From an uncultured archaeon (lineage in GTDB: Archaea; Nanohalarchaeota; Nanosalinia; Nanosalinales; Nanosalinaceae): a stretch of DNA of 43,456 bases. A model generated the notes under the pieces. The model was not told where the DNA came from. It did no database searches and saw only the letters and a program-made list of their open reading frames with translations. Position 1 is the first letter of the stretch. Each line of letters opens with the position of its first letter. Shown here one piece after another: positions 36,617 through 43,290 of the stretch. The stretch lies in assembly GCA_964421955.1 (NCBI GenBank), contig CAYQYU010000009.1:1-43456 (forward strand), given 5' to 3'. The position numbers and the translations under genes are program-made.

Positions 36617-37702
36617 ATGGGAATAGAGGACCGCATCGAGGAACTGGAAGAGAAGTTGCAGGAGACGCCGGTCAACAAGTCGACAGAAACGGAGCGCGGC
36701 AGATTAAAGGCGAGAATTGCGGAGCTGAAGGAGGAGAAGAAGCAGAAGCAGAAAGGCACCGGCGACACCTCAGGATACGCGGTTAAGAAGCACGGCGACG
36801 CGACTCTAGCACTTGTCGGTTTTCCCTCGGTAGGAAAGAGCACCCTCCTGAATGCGCTTACAAACGCGGAGAGCGAGACAGGCGAGTACGAGTTTACGAC
36901 GCTCGACGTCGAGCCCGGGATGCTGAAGTACAAGGGTGCGAACATCCAGATACTGGATGTCCCCGGATTAATAGGCGGTGCTGCCGAGGGCAAGGGAGAC
37001 GGCACACAGGTCCTCTCAGTCGTCAGGAACGCCGACCTCGTGCTCGTGCTTCTCGACCCAGAGGAGATGCGGTTCGACGAGATCACCGGGGAACTCTACA
37101 ACGCCGACATAAGACTGAACTCGTCGCCGCCCGACATTAAGGTCGAGAAGAAGAGCCGCGGCGGAATCAATATTTCATCGACAGTCGACCTCGATATAGA
37201 GGAAGAAACCATAAGACAGGTGATGTTCCAGCGCGGCTACACAAACGCGAACGTCGTAATCCGAGAGAATGTGGACATGGACCGCTTCATCGACGGGCTG
37301 ATGGACAACAGGAAGTACGTTCCCATGATCAGCGCGGTCAACAAGATCGACCAAGTTTCTAGCGAAAGACGCCAGGAGCTCGAGGTTTCTCACGATACTT
37401 TGATCTCTGCGGAGACCGGAGAAAATCTGGACGAGCTGAAGGACCTGATCTTCGAGAACCTCTCGCTTATGAGGATCTACATGAAGGAGAAAGGTGAGGA
37501 GCCCGACAGAGAAGACCCCCTGATACTGGAGGAGGGCTCAACTGTCGGAGATGCTCTCGACGAGCTGCCGGGCGACATGAGAGACAGGTTCAAGGCCGCC
37601 AGAGTCACAGGTGAAAGCTCAAAGTTCCCCGAGCAGAAGGTCGGGGTGGAGCACGAGCTGGTGGACGAAGACATCCTGGAACTTAATCTGCGGCATATCT
37701 AA
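36617..37702 (+). CDS. drg: DRG/OBG family GTPase with TGS domain
   Basis: TPVNKST, GFPSVGKST, YEFTT, DVPG, NKID; C-terminal QKVG..HELVDEDI. Confidence 0.95.
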   Translation: MGIEDRIEELEEKLQETPVNKSTETERGRLKARIAELKEEKKQKQKGTGDTSGYAVKKHGDATLALVGFPSVGKSTLLNALTNAESETGEYEFTTLDVEPGMLKYKGANIQILDVPGLIGGAAEGKGDGTQVLSVVRNADLVLVLLDPEEMRFDEITGELYNADIRLNSSPPDIKVEKKSRGGINISSTVDLDIEEETIRQVMFQRGYTNANVVIRENVDMDRFIDGLMDNRKYVPMISAVNKIDQVSSERRQELEVSHDTLISAETGENLDELKDLIFENLSLMRIYMKEKGEEPDREDPLILEEGSTVGDALDELPGDMRDRFKAARVTGESSKFPEQKVGVEHELVDEDILELNLRHI

Positions 37703-38154
37703 CTCCTGAAAAGATCGGAAACGTATTCTCTGGCTGCCTTCATAAACCTGCTAGAGTGTGGCTCCATCGATATCTGACGGTGGATTTCAACCAGGGCTTT
37801 ATCCCTGTCAGTCAGGTCTTCCGGGACACCCTCTCTGAAACGCATGGAAAGCTCCGAGGTATCAACAGTACTGAAGTGGGAGTGAATTAAAACATCGTCT
37901 CCAGGTACTCTGTAAACATGTCTACGGCCTGGAGGGCTCATCATCTCCTCCATCAAAGCGTAAGTAGGCCGATCCATAGACTCCTCAACTTCATACTCGA
38001 AGTCCTCTTCCTCAAGCAACTCCTCGTAGTCCTCTCTTCTTATCCCATTAAGCACTCTCATTCCAGGAATATCGGATAGATCATATCCTTCAAGCTCAAA
38101 TTCATCTACGTAATCTTCAAAATCACGGGAATCCCTTCCTACAGCGCCTGCCAT
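37699..38154 (-). CDS. Hypothetical protein
   Basis: 151-aa acidic ORF divergent from cdc6; stop overlaps the DRG stop. Confidence 0.65.
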   Translation of the reverse strand: MAGAVGRDSRDFEDYVDEFELEGYDLSDIPGMRVLNGIRREDYEELLEEEDFEYEVEESMDRPTYALMEEMMSPPGRRHVYRVPGDDVLIHSHFSTVDTSELSMRFREGVPEDLTDRDKALVEIHRQISMEPHSSRFMKAAREYVSDLFRS

Positions 38155-38220
38155 ATAGCCACATTTGAGTAATAAAATTCAAGTACCTTTCTCTCCTCCC
38201 TGTAGGCCGTTCTCTCCTGC

Positions 38221-38288
38221 TGGAACTACCGGAACTTGCGGAAAGCCATAATCTTGACTTTTAAACTAGCGGAATAATTGTTGTTCCG
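38221..38288 (+). promoter_or_regulatory. cdc6 promoter with (C/T)GGAA repeats and an inverted repeat
   Basis: TGGAACTAC-CGGAACTTG-CGGAAAG 9-bp periodicity; TATA TTTTAAAC at 38259-38266; CGGAA-N9-TTCCG over the start. Confidence 0.5.
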
Positions 38289-39304
38289 TGAGACGCCAGA
38301 ACTCGATCATAGAGGACGCCCGTGTGCTCCGGGAAGGTTTCATCCCGCAGAGAATGGTGCACAGGGACAACCAGATCCAGGAGATAAAGAGAAACCTGGA
38401 GCCTTTGCTGGAGTCAGATTCACCGAGGAACATGCTGCTCTACGGGCCGCCAGGAACTGGGAAGACGACAATGGCCTCGTATGTTATCGATGAGATGCAG
38501 AAGCATTCTTCGGAAGTAGTCTCCGGTGAAGTCAACTGCTGGCGGTATCCCTCCCGTTTCAAGGTTTACTACAACCTTCTCCAGGATCTCGGCGTCAACC
38601 TGATCCATAGAACCGGAACTCCCACGGACGAGCTGGTGGACAGGTTCAGGGAAAAAGCATCGAAGAGAAAGACCGTGGTCATACTCGACGAGGTCGACCA
38701 GATAGAGGAAGAGCGGATACTCTACGACTTTGCACGTGAAGATGTCGCGCTGATAATGATTGCAAACAAGGAGACCGCCCTCTACAATATTGACGACCGG
38801 ATCCGGTCATCGCTCGAAGGAACGCGCGAGATACATTTCCCAGCTTACTCCCAGGAAGAGCTGGTGGACATCCTGAAGGACAGGAGGAAGTGGGGGATGG
38901 AGACAGGAGTTATAGAGAACTCGCTGCTCCACAGGATCGCGAACAGGGCAGATGGAGACGCGAGAGTGGCGATCAACTCACTCAGGATCGCTGCAGAAGA
39001 GGCCGAGCACCAGGAGATGGAGGAGATTCCTCTGGAGGTGGTGAAGGACGCTCTTCCCGAGGCGGAGAAGCAGAACAAGTCGAAGTCCATAGACAAGCTG
39101 AACCCACACCAGAAGGTTCTATACGACGTTATAGAAGAGGAGGGCGAGATCAAGCCAGGTGAGCTGTATGAACGATACCGCGAGGAAGTTGATGAGCCCA
39201 AGGTCGAAAGGACGCTGAGAAAGTACCTCAACAAGATGGATCACTACCGCCTGATCGAGACAGAAGGTGAAGGCCGCTGGAGAAAGTACACGGTGGCGGA
39301 ATAA
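38288..39304 (+). CDS. cdc6: Cdc6/Orc1 family AAA+ protein
   Basis: DARVLREGFIP..HRD, GPPGTGKT, VNCW, ILDEVD, IAN, GDARVAI and short C-terminal wH; GTG start. Confidence 0.93.
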   Translation: MRRQNSIIEDARVLREGFIPQRMVHRDNQIQEIKRNLEPLLESDSPRNMLLYGPPGTGKTTMASYVIDEMQKHSSEVVSGEVNCWRYPSRFKVYYNLLQDLGVNLIHRTGTPTDELVDRFREKASKRKTVVILDEVDQIEEERILYDFAREDVALIMIANKETALYNIDDRIRSSLEGTREIHFPAYSQEELVDILKDRRKWGMETGVIENSLLHRIANRADGDARVAINSLRIAAEEAEHQEMEEIPLEVVKDALPEAEKQNKSKSIDKLNPHQKVLYDVIEEEGEIKPGELYERYREEVDEPKVERTLRKYLNKMDHYRLIETEGEGRWRKYTVAE

Positions 39305-39339
39305 ATATATAGTCCAGCATATACTTATCTTTTGGAAAA

Positions 39340-39714
39340 ATGCAGAGGAATTCTCAACTTAGGCCTAAAGACATTAAAGAGGACAAAATAGAGGAATACC
39401 GGAGAATCTTCCAGGAATATTTCAAGATAACCCGCAGCTCAATAGAAACCAGCCTGGACAGGGAAGGGATAAGAAAAGAGCTGGAACAGGAGTTAGACGA
39501 TACCTGTCCCGAAGACCTGTACATGATAGGCTACGCCCTTGGAGAAAGAAGGAACCAGCTAGAGGAGAAATTCAACAAGAACCTGGGTGTGGGCTACTGG
39601 AAAGTAAAAGAATTTCTCCCAGAATCTTATGGCGAGGAAGATGCAAGGATGGTAGGTCAGGCAATGCGAAGCTGGGAAGAGATCAGGGACATGATAGAAA
39701 GCATACCGGAATAA
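39340..39714 (+). CDS. Hypothetical protein
   Basis: 124-aa helical ORF downstream of cdc6. Confidence 0.65.
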   Translation: MQRNSQLRPKDIKEDKIEEYRRIFQEYFKITRSSIETSLDREGIRKELEQELDDTCPEDLYMIGYALGERRNQLEEKFNKNLGVGYWKVKEFLPESYGEEDARMVGQAMRSWEEIRDMIESIPE

Positions 39715-39763
39715 CGGAACCTCCTGGACTTCTTTATAAATCGGGTTCTGCGCATTACCCAGT

Positions 39764-39949
39764 ATGGACGGAAAAGTCAAGGACTGGCACAGATACCTCC
39801 CGGAGAAAGAACGCCAGGCAATTGAGAAAATGCAGATCTCCAGTTACCCTGAAGATAGCGCCTGTAACCGTATTTTAAGGTGTTTAAACCTGAAGCAGGC
39901 GAACAGTATAAAAGACTTAGTAGGTGGAGAGAATCATGATGGATACTGA
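39764..39949 (+). CDS. Small hypothetical protein
   Basis: 61 aa; TTTATAAA about 24 nt upstream of the ATG (leaderless geometry). Confidence 0.5.
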   Translation: MDGKVKDWHRYLPEKERQAIEKMQISSYPEDSACNRILRCLNLKQANSIKDLVGGENHDGY

Positions 39950-40058
39950 CTTCATCGATGAAGCCGGCCACCAGATACCGGTCGACTTCCGAGAAAGATC
40001 AGTGATTTCACGGCTGCTTATCCCTCTCTCAAAGTTCAGGGAAGCAGTCAGAGTTTAG
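39936..40058 (+). CDS. Small hypothetical protein (40 aa, absent from the ORF track)
   Basis: MMDTDFIDEAGHQIPVDFRERSVISRLLIPLSKFREAVRV; preceded by GGTGGAG and overlapping the previous stop. Confidence 0.4.
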   Translation: MMDTDFIDEAGHQIPVDFRERSVISRLLIPLSKFREAVRV

Positions 40059-40075
40059 TGACCTACCCGCCCATT

Positions 40076-40531
40076 TTATTCTCCACCTAGCTCTTCCAGA
40101 AGTTCCCGCTGTTCCTTATCGATACTCTCCTGCTTTCTCTCAACACTTAGCACCACCAGCTCGTCTTCCTCAAAATCATCGATCCTGTCCTTCCCGACGT
40201 AGCGGGCTAGCTGACCTGTGTTTCTCGCAGGACAGATGATAAAGTCGAGCGCGTAGTCACGATCAGAGCCGCCAAAACGCAGCTTCACGGTGTCCCTCCT
40301 CGCTCTCAGATGGTTTTTTACAGCTCTAGTGGCACGGTCATCAAAGCTGTCGAACGCGTGGACCTGCCAGGAGCTCCCATCAGGATGGTAGCGTTCGATC
40401 GATACAGTGTAGAACTCGCACCTATCGCCGTACTTGCCGTGGCAGAAATCCGTAACCTTTTCCGCCAGACCGTCGAGATCGCCATTAAAGGCCGTGTAAA
40501 GGGCGTTTTTCTCCTCGTTTTCGTGGATCAT
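40076..40531 (-). CDS. Hypothetical protein
   Basis: 151-aa ORF downstream of rps8e. Confidence 0.7.
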   Translation of the reverse strand: MIHENEEKNALYTAFNGDLDGLAEKVTDFCHGKYGDRCEFYTVSIERYHPDGSSWQVHAFDSFDDRATRAVKNHLRARRDTVKLRFGGSDRDYALDFIICPARNTGQLARYVGKDRIDDFEEDELVVLSVERKQESIDKEQRELLEELGGE

Positions 40532-40566
40532 ATAGAAAGAATGGAGCCAGAGAGGTAAAAAGCTAG

Positions 40567-40944
40567 CTACTCCTCGAGTAGTCTGGCGTTTACAACGCCG
40601 TCCTGACCCGGTCTCGACGTGATGACTGCCTCGCCTTCCTCTGTATCGATGACCGTACCCTTCGTGAGAAGTGATCTCCGGACATAGTTCGGGTTGGCCG
40701 GGTTGTCCTCCACAGATTCAATTTCAACCTCCTCGACCTCTCCGTCGATCGCGAGGTTGACCGTCCTGGACCTGCGAACGACATTCTTCGAGTTACCGCC
40801 CCGGGTGTCTTTCTTCTCGATCCTCTGTTCTCCAAGTTCCGGTGCGGAAAATTCGGATCCTAGATCGTACTTCCGGGACTTCCTGTAAGGCCGGGTTTTT
40901 CCTCCTGTCTTCTTCGTATCGGAGTTACGGTGCCAGATTGCCAT
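40567..40944 (-). CDS. rps8e: 30S ribosomal protein S8e
   Basis: KKTGGK, TRGGNSK, NPANPNYVRRSLLTKG, TSRPGQDGVVNA. Confidence 0.97.
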   Translation of the reverse strand: MAIWHRNSDTKKTGGKTRPYRKSRKYDLGSEFSAPELGEQRIEKKDTRGGNSKNVVRRSRTVNLAIDGEVEEVEIESVEDNPANPNYVRRSLLTKGTVIDTEEGEAVITSRPGQDGVVNARLLEE

Positions 40945-41063
40945 GTCTTCTTTCCCGGTCTGAAACTTTATAAAAAGTCGTATAGTCGTGGCTTGAGGAA
41001 AGGGTTCTCAGTAGGTTTATATATCTTGTTCAAGCATTTCGAGGATACAGGTGTCTTAAGTCT

Positions 41064-41297
41064 ATGTCAGATAACGACGACGGTACACGACCCCTGGACG
41101 TTCTTGACAGAGCTAAAGGAGATCGAGTTATCGCACAACTAAAAGATGGATCAACAGTAACAGGAAAACTCAGAGCTTTCGACCTCCACCTCAACATGTG
41201 GCTGGAAAATGCCTCGGTAAAGAAGGAGGAGGGCAAAACAGACTACGGGAAGCTTCTGGTCAGGGGCGATAACGTTATCGTCGTAAGCCCGGAGTGA
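41064..41297 (+). CDS. Sm-like archaeal protein (Lsm/SmAP1)
   Basis: RPLDVL, Sm1 GKLRAFDLHLN, Sm2 VRGDNV; canonical linkage to rpl37e. Confidence 0.96.
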   Translation: MSDNDDGTRPLDVLDRAKGDRVIAQLKDGSTVTGKLRAFDLHLNMWLENASVKKEEGKTDYGKLLVRGDNVIVVSPE

Positions 41298-41305
41298 TCC
41301 AATGC

Positions 41306-41349
41306 GAAGATCAAAAATCTTCAGCATAGCCGAGACACGAAGGTGTTTC
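41306..41349. repeat. Twin-hairpin element, copy in the Lsm-rpl37e spacer
   Basis: GAAGAT-CAAAA-ATCTTC, 9-nt spacer AGCATAGCC, GAGACAC-GAAG-GTGTTTC; the SD AGGTG lies in hairpin 2; 19/26 identity to the first part of the sense-strand atpC-atpF copy. Confidence 0.75.
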
Positions 41350-41354
41350 AACTA

Positions 41355-41516
41355 ATGGCAAGTGAAAAAGGAACGGGAAACCAGAAAACACACGGCAAGT
41401 GCAGGAGATGTGGAAAGAAAGCGTACCATCTCCGGAAAGGAGAATGTGCCGCGTGCGGCTTCGGAAAGACATCGAAGCGCAAAGACTTCAACAAGGCCAA
41501 GCCGCGGAAGGATTGA
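41355..41516 (+). CDS. rpl37e: 50S ribosomal protein L37e (53 aa, absent from the ORF track)
   Basis: Hand translation [53 protein letters not shown]; KTH..CRRCG...YH.....CAACGFG signature, directly after Lsm. Confidence 0.95.
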   Translation: MASEKGTGNQKTHGKCRRCGKKAYHLRKGECAACGFGKTSKRKDFNKAKPRKD

Positions 41517-41528
41517 AAGGTAGTTTAA

Positions 41529-41744
41529 ATGGAGTTCTCGGTAATTGTTCTAACAGATGCCGGAGATTTTCTCCTTGAGAACGAGAGCCAGCTCTCAAGA
41601 GAGGAGAAAGGTGTGGAGATTGAAGCCGCGTATATCTTCAACGAGGAAGAACTCGCCCAGGAGATACAGGCAGACACCGTTTTCGTACCTTACTCCTCGA
41701 TAGAAAACATCCAGTACGGCGACTTCGACCACGAAACTGTATAA
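41529..41744 (+). CDS. Small acidic beta-rich hypothetical protein
   Basis: 71 aa, 12 nt after rpl37e with AGGT upstream. Confidence 0.65.
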   Translation: MEFSVIVLTDAGDFLLENESQLSREEKGVEIEAAYIFNEEELAQEIQADTVFVPYSSIENIQYGDFDHETV

Positions 41745-41773
41745 AAACCTCCATCCTTCTACACAAAATATCA

Positions 41774-41878
41774 GCTAACGTGCGTTCGCCTTTGGCGAAT
41801 GCTCTCTTTGCTCAAACTTCCGCAACCTCTTTGAGGTTGCTGGTCACAGAAGACAGTAAGGTCTTCGAGTTAGCAAGG
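41774..41878. ncRNA. Structured multi-hairpin element immediately 5' of tRNA-Lys (contains a twin-hairpin copy in reverse orientation)
   Basis: Hairpins 41782-41802 (GCGTTCGCC-TTT-GGCGAATGC), 41822-41840 (GCAACCTC-TTT-GAGGTTGC), 41849-41866 (GAAGAC-N6-GTCTTC); possible closing stem GCTAAC/GTTAGC. Confidence 0.55.
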
Positions 41879-41881
41879 TTT

Positions 41882-42020
41882 GGGCCCATAGCTCAGTCTG
41901 GCAGAGCACCGGCCTTTTAGGACCTCAAGTTCTCCTCCGGAGAACGAGGACCAAGAAGCGAGTGAAAGCGAGCTTCGCAAAGACAGCCGGGCGTCGCGGG
42001 TTCAAATCCCGTTGGGCCCA
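41882..42020 (+). tRNA. tRNA-Lys(UUU) with 65-nt intron (41920-41984) at 37/38; CCA not encoded
   Basis: Acceptor GGGCCCA/TGGGCCC, D arm GCTC..GAGC, anticodon stem CCGGC/GCCGG with CT-TTT-A, T loop TTCAAAT; BHB central helix CTTT/AAAG. Confidence 0.95.
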
Positions 42021-42026
42021 ACTGTT

Positions 42027-42437
42027 ATGCTAGAGGAAGTTTACTACAGGCTCAGGCTGAACAGGAAGGATTTCCAGGTTATCTTGGGTCTCTTCCTGAT
42101 CGATATCGCCCTTACTATCTACGGCATCAGCTCGGGTGCGGGCTCGGAAATGTCTCCTTTCTTCCGATCTTTTACAGACACCTTGACTCTCATGGTAGCT
42201 GGTGGCCTGGTCTATATGGGCATACTTTCTGCGCTGAACTATTTTCTGGAAGGCGCAGTCAGGACAGTTCTCGCGGCCGCGGCCATCGGGATGCATATCG
42301 GCGGCATCTTCTCCTGGGTATGGCTTTTTGCGGGATTCGAGACAGGGCATTCCGCGCTATATCTCAATTACATGCTGATAGCAGCCTCGACAGCCGGCGC
42401 TTACAGTTTCCTGGAATCGAGAGACTGGATTTACTGA
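42027..42437 (+). CDS. Membrane protein, DUF5658-like
   Basis: Four TM segments; DIALTIYGISSGAGSEMSPF resembles the D..T..G...G..E.NP motif; ATG 6 nt after the tRNA 3' end. Confidence 0.65.
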   Translation: MLEEVYYRLRLNRKDFQVILGLFLIDIALTIYGISSGAGSEMSPFFRSFTDTLTLMVAGGLVYMGILSALNYFLEGAVRTVLAAAAIGMHIGGIFSWVWLFAGFETGHSALYLNYMLIAASTAGAYSFLESRDWIY

Positions 42438-42588
42438 CAACCGCTTTTATTCCTGGAGGCCATAAATTCATGTTCGACAGCATAAGCAGACAGAACCTAA
42501 CAGTCCATCCTTAACTGGGGAATGGTCCACTGAAAGAGTCTGTAGAGAGCCACATACGTGTGGAACTGAAAGAGCGGGGATAGCCGAG

Positions 42589-43083
42589 CTACACACTTCT
42601 CTTGATTATCCGGGTTATCCGGGTCAGCTTGGCAGCATTTCCCGCGGTCGAACTTATCTCTGTTATGTGAAGTATACCTCTCCGGAAGACGGGCAGATCA
42701 GCCAGCGCTGGCGCAACCCTCGCAAGCCTCACCTCCTGGACTATAGAGAACAGCGGGATCACCAGCAGTATGTCCAGCCAGTGATCATCGACAAATTTCT
42801 CGTGGTTGGTCGATAACCGGTAGGAGACTCCAAGCCTTGCAACGAAGTATCCAATCAGAGCCCAGTTAGCCCATGTGATCCATGTCGCCATCCGGGGGGT
42901 CACTGTAAGGAAGAACTCGAAGACTATAATAAAGCCTATCAGGAGCAGGACGAAAGGCATTATGTGATCAAGCAAAATCTTTATTTGGTGGGCCCTGTGC
43001 CTCGAGAAACGGCCCTCTATCGACTCCTCTATGTCTTCAATATCCTCCGCGTAGTTTTCCAGGCTCACATCCGTTAATTCCAA
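42589..43083 (-). CDS. Stand-alone voltage-sensor-like (S1-S4) membrane protein without pore domain
   Basis: Two TM helices, then KFVDDHWLDILLVIP (S3 NWLD-like) and periodic basic segments VRLARV / KLTRITRIIKR; no selectivity filter; TTG start after GGAG. Confidence 0.65.
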   Translation of the reverse strand: MELTDVSLENYAEDIEDIEESIEGRFSRHRAHQIKILLDHIMPFVLLLIGFIIVFEFFLTVTPRMATWITWANWALIGYFVARLGVSYRLSTNHEKFVDDHWLDILLVIPLFSIVQEVRLARVAPALADLPVFRRGILHITEISSTAGNAAKLTRITRIIKRSV

Positions 43084-43155
43084 TCTCCAGAATAAAAGTC
43101 CGGCGTATCCAATGCATTAAAAATACTTACAGTATCACTCCAATTTAGACCTACA

Positions 43156-43290
43156 GGACCGGTAGCTTAGCCAGGTTAGAGCGCCACGCTGATAGACTCG
43201 AAACCTTTCAGGTTTCTGCGACCTGAAATCTCGGTTTCACCGAGGAATTCAGGAACGTGGAGATCCCCAGTTCAAATCTGGGCCGGTCCA
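43156..43290 (+). tRNA. tRNA-Ile(GAU) with 60-nt intron (43195-43254) at 37/38; CCA not encoded
   Basis: Acceptor GGACCGG/CCGGTCC, anticodon stem CCACG/CGTGG with CT-GAT-A, T loop TTCAAAT; BHB central helix CTGA/TCAG. Confidence 0.95.

Noticed and set aside
38155-38287. Confident chromosomal replication origin
   Set aside because: Only a loose ORB-like word, no clear pair of full ORBs with G-strings around an AT-rich unwinding element; kept as a weaker finding.
2615-39304. Inteins in atpA, mcm, lig or cdc6
   Set aside because: The proteins have normal lengths and uninterrupted catalytic motifs.
41774-42020. Split or permuted tRNA, or an extra tRNA in the upstream structure
   Set aside because: Both tRNAs have contiguous, correctly ordered exons; the upstream structure lacks T-loop and D-loop consensus.
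41920-43254. C/D-box guide RNAs within the tRNA introns (as in tRNA-Trp)
   Set aside because: Neither intron has an RUGAUGA C box; there is only one isolated CUGA in the Ile intron.
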